Virus record (IMG/VR): IMGVR_UViG_2887836811_000001
Location: 19,490 to 83,489 of that record
Reading direction: 5' to 3' (one strand)
Length of the DNA: 64,000 nucleotides
Source of the DNA: a virus
Shown: positions 1-8,210 of the stretch, one piece after another
How the letters are laid out: the number at the start of each line of letters is the position of its first letter
Numbering within the stretch: the first letter of the stretch is position 1
Position numbers and translations under genes: made by a program
The notes under the pieces: generated by a model
Database searches by the model: none
Seen by the model: the letters and a program-made list of their open reading frames with translations, nothing else
What the model was told of the DNA's origin: nothing

Positions 1-1
1 G

Positions 2-307
2 GATTTCGACGTCGCCCGTGAGGACACCATCGCCCTGGCCCAGGCGGCCGTGCGTGACGTCGTCACCGTGTTCCTGGCGCTCGTGTCAGCCCTGGCGAAT
101 CAGGCGCGGCGGTACGCGCAGCTGGAAGTGCAGGGGACGGTGCGGGCCCGCACCGTCCCCTCCAGCCCAGAGGACCGCAAAGCGGACCGTGAGGACGTCA
201 CCGCGGGCGTGATCAGCAAGGCCACCGCCCGGCAGCGGCAGGACATCGACGATCCCGCGCAGGAAGACGCGCAGATCCAGAAGGAACGCACCCCGGAGAC
301 CGCATGA
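2..307 (+). CDS. portal protein, C-terminal part (5' end outside window)
   Basis: Frame is open from position 2. It ends in GVISKATARQRQDIDDPAQEDAQIQKE, similar to SPP1-type portal C-termini, and sits upstream of the head genes. Confidence 0.65.
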   Translation, partial: DFDVAREDTIALAQAAVRDVVTVFLALVSALANQARRYAQLEVQGTVRARTVPSSPEDRKADREDVTAGVISKATARQRQDIDDPAQEDAQIQKERTPETA

Positions 308-810
308 ACTTCCACCACCGACCGCAGGCCACGCAACTCGGCTGCCTGTACCTCAGCGTGCACGCACTGACCGGGGACGCCACGCTGCTTGAGCACCTCT
401 CGGACCCCAGCGCCCCGCGCTTCTACGTCCGCCTCGCCGAGCGGGGCCTGATGGCCTTCACACTCTTCTGCGCCGAGCCGCCCCTGCCCGGCACGCCCGC
501 CGAGTTCTGGACGAACCTGCGCGCACGCTTCACGGCCAGCAACGCCACCGGTGAGCGGCACGCGCCCCTGCTGGTCAGCATTCCCGGCGGCACGCCCGGC
601 TGGCTGCACCAGGTGGCGGTGGCCCTCCCCGTTCACCCGGACGAGGACACCGTGCACGTCAGTGACTCGAACTTCCCGGCGCCTCTCGAATGCAACTGGG
701 CTGCGTTCCTGGGCAGCGAGTACGGCGAGGCGCACCGCGTGGAGATGCTCGCCCCACTAGATCTGAACGCCTACCCCGACCCCACGTACCCCACTGGAGG
801 AACCCCATGA
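304..810 (+). CDS. putative papain-fold (C39-like) cysteine peptidase; candidate prohead protease
   Basis: Q8-x5-C14 (PQATQLGC), LH102QVAV and VHVSD121 match the C39 order and spacing. ATGA overlaps couple it to portal and scaffold. Confidence 0.6.
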   Translation: MNFHHRPQATQLGCLYLSVHALTGDATLLEHLSDPSAPRFYVRLAERGLMAFTLFCAEPPLPGTPAEFWTNLRARFTASNATGERHAPLLVSIPGGTPGWLHQVAVALPVHPDEDTVHVSDSNFPAPLECNWAAFLGSEYGEAHRVEMLAPLDLNAYPDPTYPTGGTP

Positions 811-1592
811 AGAAGAACCTGCTGAACCTGACCGCCCTGCTCCTCGCCAACGCCGTCGCCACCCGTGGTGAGGGCGACAACAACCCCGGCGGAGGTGGCA
901 ACAACGGCGGCGGCAACGACGGTCGCCTGTCCGAAGCGGAGTGGCGTGCCAAGCTGGCCACCGAACACGCCCAGACGTCCCACGCAGACCTGGTGAACAA
1001 ACTGGCGGCCGCCAACCGCAAGATCGACACGCTGACCGCAAACCAGGTCCCGCAGGGCGGCCGCGCCCTGACCGCCGACGAAGCCAAAGCCTACGACGCC
1101 TTCGTCGCGCTGGGCACGCCCGACGAGGTGAAGACCAAGCTCGAACAGGGCACCAAGGACAGCGCCGAACTCACCGATCTGCGCTTCAAGGACAGCCTCA
1201 ACACGGCCGCGCGCGACGCGGGCTACAAGCCCAAGGTCCTGGGTGACCGCGTCAAGGCGGACGGCCTGACCCTGCTGCCCAGCCGTGAAGTGGAACGTGA
1301 CGGGAAGAAGGTGCAGGTCGCATACGTCAAGGACGCCCAGGGCACCGAGCACGAGCTGGCCGCTTACGCCAAGCAGCACTGGGATGACTACCTGGTGGCG
1401 CTGCAGGCCGAGGGGGGCAACAACAATTCCGGCGCGTCCTACGCCCGCCAGGACGCGGGCAGCGGGTCCGGCAGCGGCAGTGCCTCGGGCGGTTCCGGCA
1501 GTGGCTCCGGCGGGAGCTGGCTGACGGACATGCTCAAGCCCGGCGAAGGAGGTGGCTACGTCGACCCGCTGCAACCCGCAGCAACCAAGTAA
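807..1592 (+). CDS. capsid scaffolding protein with N-terminal hydrophobic leader
   Basis: GGAGG RBS and ATG at 807; helical/coiled-coil character with Gly/Ser-rich linkers; lies upstream of the decoration and MCP genes. Confidence 0.7.
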   Translation: MKKNLLNLTALLLANAVATRGEGDNNPGGGGNNGGGNDGRLSEAEWRAKLATEHAQTSHADLVNKLAAANRKIDTLTANQVPQGGRALTADEAKAYDAFVALGTPDEVKTKLEQGTKDSAELTDLRFKDSLNTAARDAGYKPKVLGDRVKADGLTLLPSREVERDGKKVQVAYVKDAQGTEHELAAYAKQHWDDYLVALQAEGGNNNSGASYARQDAGSGSGSGSASGGSGSGSGGSWLTDMLKPGEGGGYVDPLQPAATK

Positions 1593-1657
1593 GCCCCGCG
1601 GCCCGACACCAGCCCACCCCCGCCCGCGCTCAAGCTGAGCCGGGAAAGGATCCCCAC

Positions 1658-2089
1658 ATGCGCAACCTGCTTCTGCCCCTGACGGCGCTGCTCCTCGGCA
1701 GCGCCGTCGCCATTCGCGGTGAGAAACGCAGCCTCTCCACCCCCGCCTGGATCGCGGACTACCACAGCATCGACCTGCACGGCCTCGGCGCCCCCATGAA
1801 CTGGGCCGCCTGGACCGACGTGAAGTACGGTGCGGCCGGCCACCGCCTGATCCCCAGCGGCACGGCCGTCAGCCTCGCCGCCGGCAAGATCGTCCCCGCC
1901 GACGGCACTGCCGACACGCTGCTGCTGTTCAGCGACGCGCGCGAGGACTCGACGACCGACAGCATCAGCGGCTACGGCCTGGCGGTTGCCGGGAACGTGC
2001 ACGAGGCCCTGCTGCCCGACAGCAGCGGCAGTCCCGCCGTGCTGCCCACGCCCGTCCGCGCCAAGGCCACCCGCTTCTACCTCCAGTAG
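1658..2089 (+). CDS. head decoration protein
   Basis: 143 aa between scaffold and MCP; contains LIPSGT, a pattern typical of decoration proteins; AAGGA RBS. Confidence 0.65.
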   Translation: MRNLLLPLTALLLGSAVAIRGEKRSLSTPAWIADYHSIDLHGLGAPMNWAAWTDVKYGAAGHRLIPSGTAVSLAAGKIVPADGTADTLLLFSDAREDSTTDSISGYGLAVAGNVHEALLPDSSGSPAVLPTPVRAKATRFYLQ

Positions 2090-2146
2090 CGACCTGGCGC
2101 GAAAAAAGCCTTCACTCTCCGCCCCCCATCCCACCCAAGGAGTTCC

Positions 2147-3322
2147 ATGACTCACCTGCTCAAGACCGCACTTGGCGTTCGTACCCTGGCGGGCGTGCTG
2201 CTCGCCGGCATCCTCGGCCCGCGCGGCGACGCCCTGACTGTCAACGCCATCCTCAGCACCCTCACCCCGCAGGACTTCTTCACCCTCGCGAACCAGCCCG
2301 TCCCGGAGAGCGAGTACGCGCTGCTGGCCGTGCTGCCTGAGGAGCTGCGCGCCAGTTACGAAGCGAAGAGCGGCACCCTGAAGGTCATCACCACGCCCGC
2401 CGGTGAGACCGGCATGGACAGCCCGTACGCGCAGGTCGGCGGCATGGAAATCGACGCGTTCAGCAAGCCGATCGCGAAGTGGACGGCCGAGACGACCATG
2501 ACCGAGCAGCAGCAGCGCGAGCTGCAGCAGATGGTCATCAACATCCGCGCGGGCGTCATCAGCGGCAACGGCCTCCAGTACGTCCGGAACTTCGTCGTGA
2601 ACTGGCTCCAGAAAGTCATCCGGCAGGCCTTCACGGACCGCTACGAGCTGATGCGCGGGGAGGCGCTCACCACCGGCCAGCTCGTGCTGCGCGGCGGCAC
2701 CATCGATTACGGCGTGCCCGCCGCGAACAAGTTCCCCACCCGCACCGGTTTCGACGCGTACGGGAACGGCGACAGCAAGTTCTGGACGGACATGCGGGCC
2801 GCGGACAGCCTCCTGGGAACGGTGCGTTCCCGGATCATGTCGATGAACACCCTGCACCAGATCATCGACAGTCCCAACAATCCGGTCGCGGTCACCAGCG
2901 AGCAGACCAGTGCCGGCGGGAACATCAAGATCGTCACGATGCGCCGCCTGATCGGCCCGAACCAGACGCTCAGCACGGATCAGCGCGACACGTACACCCT
3001 GGTCGGGTACCGCCGCACTGTGAAGATCAAGGTGGGCCGCACCTACGCCGACCAGCAGGTGCTGCCGGACGGGAAGATCGCTGTGGTGGGCGGGAACGAC
3101 GTGATGGTCACCATGACCGACGGGACCGTCGTGACTCGCCCCGGCCTGGGCCGCACGCATATCGGCCCCACGGTGGAAGGCGACGGCCGCCCCGGTATCT
3201 GGCTGAACGCGTACACCCCGCAGAGCCGTCCCATGCACGCGATCGCGCAGGGCGCCAGTAACGGCCTGACGATCTTCGACGCGCCCGAGCGTCTGGTGAT
3301 CCTGACCACCGCCATGAACTGA
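2147..3322 (+). CDS. major capsid protein (lambda gpE-like class)
   Basis: 391 aa; ELMRGEALTTG and IDYGVPAANK resemble gpE-type MCP motifs; AAGGAG RBS; synteny. Confidence 0.8.
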   Translation: MTHLLKTALGVRTLAGVLLAGILGPRGDALTVNAILSTLTPQDFFTLANQPVPESEYALLAVLPEELRASYEAKSGTLKVITTPAGETGMDSPYAQVGGMEIDAFSKPIAKWTAETTMTEQQQRELQQMVINIRAGVISGNGLQYVRNFVVNWLQKVIRQAFTDRYELMRGEALTTGQLVLRGGTIDYGVPAANKFPTRTGFDAYGNGDSKFWTDMRAADSLLGTVRSRIMSMNTLHQIIDSPNNPVAVTSEQTSAGGNIKIVTMRRLIGPNQTLSTDQRDTYTLVGYRRTVKIKVGRTYADQQVLPDGKIAVVGGNDVMVTMTDGTVVTRPGLGRTHIGPTVEGDGRPGIWLNAYTPQSRPMHAIAQGASNGLTIFDAPERLVILTTAMN

Positions 3323-3338
3323 CGCTCGGCTGCGTGAC

Positions 3339-3614
3339 TCAGGGTTTCCAGTTGCGCTCCCTGGCCGCCTCATAGCAGCCCGCGCACAGCAATGTGACCT
3401 GTGCCAGCGCTTCGATTTCGTCATTCCACTCTCCACCGTTCGCCATGAGCCGGTTGTCGCACTCGTCGCACCAGGCGTCCGGCCAAGCGTCGTCAGGATC
3501 GTCAGTGCCAGTGACGAAGCCCTGCCCGCTGCCGAAAGCGACGTGTTGGCACATGAATGTCGCTGAAGTTTTCCCGTGCTGCACGCACTGAACCGTTACG
3601 TCCTTGTCACTCAC
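3339..3614 (-). CDS. small Cys/His-rich, probably Zn-binding protein (moron)
   Basis: CxxH, CxH, WCxxC and CxxC; opposite strand and lower GC than neighbours; GATAAT-N6-GTG leaderless start. Confidence 0.75.
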   Translation of the reverse strand: MSDKDVTVQCVQHGKTSATFMCQHVAFGSGQGFVTGTDDPDDAWPDAWCDECDNRLMANGGEWNDEIEALAQVTLLCAGCYEAARERNWKP

Positions 3615-3686
3615 AGCCGCATTATCCGCCCCAGCCAGTGAGTGACCGGTCTCAGGTCACTCGCGTTCCTTCTACGAGGTACCCCC

Positions 3687-4319
3687 ATGACCATGATCAC
3701 AGTGCAGCGGATGCCGCAGACCATCCGCTTCGAAGGCAAGACGTACGGCCCGAGCGAGAAACCCATCGACGTGCCGGAAGAACTCGCGCGTGCCCTGGGG
3801 CTCCCCCCCATGGAAGGCAGTACCTTCTCGGAGGTCGACCCTGAGGCGCTGCAGGAGGAGCTGAGCGCCTCGCGTCGCCTGTCCGGTCAGTACCAGGAAA
3901 GGCTCACGCGACTGCTGGATCTCCTGCACCCCGAACAGCAGGGTGAGGAACTGCCGGACGCGGTGCTGGAACGACTGCTGCGCGAGCGGCAGGACGCTCG
4001 TGACGCCGCGCAGGGAGCGCAGCAGATGCAGCGCGACATACAGGGCCAACTGGATGCGAAAGGGCGCGAGGCGCAGCACGCTGTAGAACAGTGGACGGCC
4101 ACCACTGAAGAACTCACTCAAGCCAGAGCAGCCCTGGCCCGCGCGCAGGAGGAGGGCGGCGCGGCCCAGGCGCAGGTGGCGACCCTCACCGCGGAACTCG
4201 CCTCGCTGCGCAGTCAGCCCCTGCTGCCCAGTGACGCCCTTGACCGACTGAAGCGGGTGGACGGCATCGCCGATAAGCTGGCGCAGAAGGCCCTTGAGTC
4301 GCTGCAGGCGAAGGAGTAA
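3687..4319 (+). CDS. coiled-coil head-associated protein with C-terminal HhH-like motif
   Basis: GAGGT RBS before ATG 3687; heptad-rich; ends LKRVDGIADKLA. Confidence 0.65.
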   Translation: MTMITVQRMPQTIRFEGKTYGPSEKPIDVPEELARALGLPPMEGSTFSEVDPEALQEELSASRRLSGQYQERLTRLLDLLHPEQQGEELPDAVLERLLRERQDARDAAQGAQQMQRDIQGQLDAKGREAQHAVEQWTATTEELTQARAALARAQEEGGAAQAQVATLTAELASLRSQPLLPSDALDRLKRVDGIADKLAQKALESLQAKE

Positions 4320-4322
4320 CCC

Positions 4323-4715
4323 GTGCCGCTGACCAGTGAACAGCTCCGCCGCGTGCAGTTCCTGGTGCAACCCGCCGCGTGGGCGTTCCACGAGACCCTG
4401 CCCGACGGGCAAGCGGCGGACCTGGACGTGGCACTCGCGGAGACTGGTGATCTGCGGCTCGTCGCGGCGTACGTGCTGGACGTGGCGGCGCAGGCGGCTG
4501 GCCGCGTGGGAGCGGCGGCGTCTGCCGGGCAGGTCAAGCGGTTCCGGGTGGAGGGCGAGTACGAGGAGGAGTACTTCGCGGGCACCTCCGTGGAGGCCGG
4601 GGACGCGCAGGCCTGGGCCGCCCGGGCGGCCCAGCTGCGCGCGGACGTGAAGAGCGAGCTGGATCTGCGTGACCAGGTGGGGACCGTGTCCGGGCCGGTT
4701 GAGGTGTCGTTCTGA
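4323..4715 (+). CDS. head-tail adaptor/connector
   Basis: Size, synteny, and the VKRFRVEGEYEEEY strand motif. Confidence 0.55.
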   Translation: MPLTSEQLRRVQFLVQPAAWAFHETLPDGQAADLDVALAETGDLRLVAAYVLDVAAQAAGRVGAAASAGQVKRFRVEGEYEEEYFAGTSVEAGDAQAWAARAAQLRADVKSELDLRDQVGTVSGPVEVSF

Positions 4716-5074
4716 TGGGCCGCGTGGACGAGATCCGTGATCGGGTGCGCGGCCGGCTGGTGGGGAACGCTGACCTGCTGTACCGGCATGCCCTGACGTT
4801 CCGCCTCGGGCCGCACGCGTGGGACGTGCGGTGCAGCGTCCGCGACCCGCAGCGCATTGACCCGAAGGCCCTGAACCGCCTGCGCGCTCAGGCGGACGCC
4901 CTGGGCGTGGTGTTCACCGACCTGCGCGTCCTGACCGTCCACCCGGACGACACCCTGCCCATCGAGAACGCCACGACCCCCTGGGATGACGGCACGCTCC
5001 AGATTCTCAGCTGGAGTCAGGCGTCCGACTTCACGGGGCAGCGCACCGGGACGTGCGTGCTGAGGCGGCCATGA
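4715..5074 (+). CDS. putative head-closure/stopper protein
   Basis: Synteny and size; TGATG coupling. Confidence 0.5.
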   Translation: MGRVDEIRDRVRGRLVGNADLLYRHALTFRLGPHAWDVRCSVRDPQRIDPKALNRLRAQADALGVVFTDLRVLTVHPDDTLPIENATTPWDDGTLQILSWSQASDFTGQRTGTCVLRRP

Positions 5075-5508
5075 TCGCCCAGCACCTCCACGCCCTCCTG
5101 CGGGCCGCCCTCCCCCCCGAGGTGCCCGTGCTCCTGCCTGAGCAGGTGCAGGAGCCGCTCACCGCCGCGCCCACCGACGCCCAGGGCCGCCCCAGGGTCG
5201 GTGGAGGAGAACGCGGCCTGGGGGCGTACCTCGCACAGCACGCCGGCGGGTACGTGCAGATCGAGGAGCCGCAGGGCCTGATCGGCAGCCTCGGCGGGGC
5301 CGCCGCGCAGCACCTCGTTCAGGTTGCCGCCATCGCTCCCACGTCCGCTGCTGCGCAGTCCCTGGCGCTGGACGCCATCCGGGCCTGCGCGTCCCGCGCG
5401 GGCGTCCAGCAGACCCGCTACGAACTCACCACGCCCCCCAGCACCCGCGCCCTGAGCCCCGGCGCGTACGCCGCCACGTTCATCCTCACCGCCCGCGAGG
5501 GCATCTAG
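5071..5508 (+). CDS. putative tail terminator
   Basis: Immediately upstream of the tail tube gene; ATGA overlap. Confidence 0.5.
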   Translation: MIAQHLHALLRAALPPEVPVLLPEQVQEPLTAAPTDAQGRPRVGGGERGLGAYLAQHAGGYVQIEEPQGLIGSLGGAAAQHLVQVAAIAPTSAAAQSLALDAIRACASRAGVQQTRYELTTPPSTRALSPGAYAATFILTAREGI

Positions 5509-5516
5509 GAGACAGC

Positions 5517-6170
5517 ATGTCCTACCTCGACAAGGTCAAGAACCCCAACGCCGCGAACGCCAGCAACATCGCCAGTCGCGGCTTCCGCAAATACTTCCGC
5601 CCCCACGACGCCGACGGCGACATCGACACGACCGCCGACTTCACCTTCCTGGGCGCCACGAAGAACTACGAGCCCAGCACCGACGAGCAGACCCGTGAGT
5701 TCACCGCGAACCTCACCGGAGTCGAGGAAACCCTCAAGAAGCAGCTCGCCAGCCGCACCCGCACCTACACCTTCATGACCGGCAGCACCGGTGACAAGGA
5801 CGTCACCGCCCTGTTCTATGGCAGCGCGCCCGTCAGTGGGGCGAGTGGGCACACCACGCTCAGCGCCGTGGAGGACACTGGCGCGGCCACCACGGGCGAC
5901 ACGGTCCTCGTGTTCGAACCCAGCGAGGGCCTCGCCGCCGTCGCCTACTACCCCAGCGAGAGCCTGCGCGGCACCGGCCCTGGTGACGAGGACGGGTTCC
6001 AGACGTACGAGTTCGAGGCGACCATCCAGAGCCTCAGCGGCTGGACGGCGCCCGCCACGCTCGTGAACATGGGCCGCAGCACCCCGCAGGGCATCGTCTA
6101 CACCGTCCCCAAGGCGGACCTGGACGACTTCCTGGACGACCTGTTCACCACCCTCCAGCCCGCCGTCTGA
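5517..6170 (+). CDS. major tail (tube) protein
   Basis: 217 aa, Thr-rich and beta-like; AGGAG RBS; lies before the chaperone and tape measure genes. Confidence 0.7.
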   Translation: MSYLDKVKNPNAANASNIASRGFRKYFRPHDADGDIDTTADFTFLGATKNYEPSTDEQTREFTANLTGVEETLKKQLASRTRTYTFMTGSTGDKDVTALFYGSAPVSGASGHTTLSAVEDTGAATTGDTVLVFEPSEGLAAVAYYPSESLRGTGPGDEDGFQTYEFEATIQSLSGWTAPATLVNMGRSTPQGIVYTVPKADLDDFLDDLFTTLQPAV

Positions 6171-6231
6171 CCTTTTCCCGCCGCGCCCTGGCCCACGCTG
6201 AGGCGCGGCACCCCCAAATCGAGAATCCACA

Positions 6232-6630
6232 ATGACCGACCGAGAACGCTTCCTGGCCGCCCTCACCCGACCCGTCACCCTCCAGTCCGGCGCGACCGTC
6301 ACCATCCGCGCGTGGGGCCTGGACCACATCGAACAGCACACCAGCGACTTTTTCGCGTTCCTGCGCTTGTTCGTGCAGGGCGTCCGGGGCGCGGCCATCG
6401 AGGAGCAGCCCGCCCTCCTGGGCCTCCTGGGGCGCGTGGCCCGCAGCAGCCTCGCCGACCCCGCCGACGCTGACCTGCTGACCGTGGCGGACATCCCGAC
6501 CGTCGCGCAGGCCGTGTACGACCTGAACGGGCTGGACAACGTCGCGGGAAAACTGATCGGCCTGCTGACGCGGGCGCAGCAGGCCGTCAGCGACGCCCTC
6601 CCGGCGAACCCCTCCACCTCGCCGAGCTGA
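6232..6630 (+). CDS. tail assembly chaperone (G)
   Basis: Follows the tail tube gene and contains an in-frame slippery site G GGA AAA. Confidence 0.7.
   Translation: MTDRERFLAALTRPVTLQSGATVTIRAWGLDHIEQHTSDFFAFLRLFVQGVRGAAIEEQPALLGLLGRVARSSLADPADADLLTVADIPTVAQAVYDLNGLDNVAGKLIGLLTRAQQAVSDALPANPSTSPS
6546..6552 (+). other. -1 programmed frameshift slippery heptamer GGGAAAA
   Basis: X XXY YYZ in frame; the -1 frame stays open to the stop at 6908. Confidence 0.75.
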
Positions 6631-6908
6631 TCGGGGAACTGGGCGCGGCCGAGGCTATGGCCCTGATCGCCCTGCCGCCCCCGCTGATCGGTGAGGTGCT
6701 GCACGCCCGCGCCCGCTACCTGACCGGCGAGCGGCGCGACCGGCTCGTCGACCTCGCTATCGCCATGCACCCAGGGGACAAGGGCCGCACCCTGGCGAAA
6801 CACAGTAAGGCGCTGGAGAAGGCGTCCAAGCGGCCCAGGCGGCTGCGCAAGGGCGAGACCCAGCAGGACGCCGACGCCCAGACCGCCCTCAAACACCTCC
6901 TGGGGTGA
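6546..6908 (+). CDS. tail assembly chaperone frameshift extension (T part of G-T)
   Basis: The -1 frame from 6546 reads without a stop into the ORF listed at 6657-6908. Confidence 0.7.
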   Translation, partial: GKTDRPADAGAAGRQRRPPGEPLHLAELIGELGAAEAMALIALPPPLIGEVLHARARYLTGERRDRLVDLAIAMHPGDKGRTLAKHSKALEKASKRPRRLRKGETQQDADAQTALKHLLG

Positions 6909-6910
6909 CC

Positions 6911-7411
6911 ATGCCGAAACGAGCCACCATCAAGGTCAGCAGCAACGCCAAGGCCGTCCGGGATGACATGCGCCGCCGCAAGCTCGCCCTGGCCGCGCAG
7001 ATCGACCGGCGCGCGCGCGAACTCAACCCGCAGGCCCTCGGGATGCTGATCATGGGCCTGAACGCCACCGTGTACGGCACCGAGGCCGGGAAGTACATCC
7101 GGACCACCGACCTCGCCCAGGGCGCCCACGCCATCGTGAAGCGCGTCCGGCGCGGCGTGGTGGAGGTGCGCGCCTGGAACACCGTCCCGTACGCCGCGCT
7201 CGTCGAGTACGGCACGTACGGGAATCACGTCGAGGAGGCTGGCGCCGTCGCCCGCGCCTCAGCGCCCGGCGCGCAACCCAGCCCCCTCGTCACCGGCCGC
7301 AGCGGCGTGAACTACACGCAGCCCAGCCTCGCCCACACCCGCGCCGTCCTCTGGCCCCTGCTCCGGCTGCGGCTGGACGTCAAGGCCGCGTGGTACCGGG
7401 CGTGGAAGTGA
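6911..7411 (+). CDS. HK97 gp10-like tail completion protein
   Basis: NTVPYAALVEYGT motif; basic protein. Confidence 0.65.
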   Translation: MPKRATIKVSSNAKAVRDDMRRRKLALAAQIDRRARELNPQALGMLIMGLNATVYGTEAGKYIRTTDLAQGAHAIVKRVRRGVVEVRAWNTVPYAALVEYGTYGNHVEEAGAVARASAPGAQPSPLVTGRSGVNYTQPSLAHTRAVLWPLLRLRLDVKAAWYRAWK

Positions 7412-8176
7412 TCAGTTCAGGCCGATGAAGTCGATGGTGCCTTCCATCAGTGACCGGTTGGCCCTGATGAAGCAGTCGTAGCTGCCAGTTTTCATCACCC
7501 CGTAAGCGTTCGGGGCCGTCACCGACCCCCGCACGTACCACATGTTGTACGGGTAGCTGACCACAGTTGCCGGACCATCAAATCGGGACTGATCAGGGTA
7601 TTTCAGTCGACTGTGCGCGTGAACGAAGCAGACCTTGTAGACCGTCTCTGCGGTCACGTTGGTATTCCTGACGTCGAACGAGTACGACGGGCGGGCCAGG
7701 ATGGTGTCCCAGTTCCCAGGGTTCTGCCCGACGACCACTCTGTACAGTGCCTCTGAAGCAGGTGCCGCAGCCGCTGCTGGCGCCGACTGCGGCGCGGGCG
7801 TGGGTGCGTACGTGATGGGCGTAGCAGCAGCCTTCGTCTGAGTCAGATTGGCCTGCAACCCCAGCACCCCCAGCAGGCTCAGTAGGTCGTCGAAGGGCAA
7901 GTAAGCCACGCCGTCGATGACGCGGGACGGGCTGCCAATGTTGATCTGCTGACCGTCGAGGGTGCCGCGCGTATTGCCATCCAGCATGACGAGTGTCCGG
8001 CCCTTGTAGGTCACGGTCCACCCACTGGCGTCTCGCTTGATGGCGAGCCCCGCATCAGCCGCCCGTAGAGCCTCTGCGGTGGCGTACTGCGCGCCGTACC
8101 ACTTCACCACATCCACGTTCGCGGCATGCCCCATGCCCAGGAGCAGCGCGGCTGCCAGTGTCACGACTGTTCGCAT
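7412..8176 (-). CDS. secreted protein with copper-amine-oxidase N-terminal-like domain (moron)
   Basis: Signal peptide MRTVVTLAAALLLGMGHA; RVIDGVAYLPF motif; Ala/Pro linker; C-terminal LKYP...VRGSVTAPNAYG domain; antisense orientation and lower GC. Confidence 0.7.
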   Translation of the reverse strand: MRTVVTLAAALLLGMGHAANVDVVKWYGAQYATAEALRAADAGLAIKRDASGWTVTYKGRTLVMLDGNTRGTLDGQQINIGSPSRVIDGVAYLPFDDLLSLLGVLGLQANLTQTKAAATPITYAPTPAPQSAPAAAAAPASEALYRVVVGQNPGNWDTILARPSYSFDVRNTNVTAETVYKVCFVHAHSRLKYPDQSRFDGPATVVSYPYNMWYVRGSVTAPNAYGVMKTGSYDCFIRANRSLMEGTIDFIGLN

Positions 8177-8210
8177 ACCCCTCACCCTACCCCCTGAAAG
8201 GCGGTGACCC

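Noticed and set aside
807..2230. IrrE cleavage of the RG leaders
   Set aside because: The DdrO site is EL|RG, whereas these leaders have AT, AI or GP before RG.
3642..3686. Upstream extension MTGLRSLAFLLRG resembling a fourth RG leader
   Set aside because: The RG codons coincide with the GAGGT RBS of ATG 3687, the residue after RG is Thr, the register does not fit the consensus, and there is no RBS for 3642. Probably coincidence.
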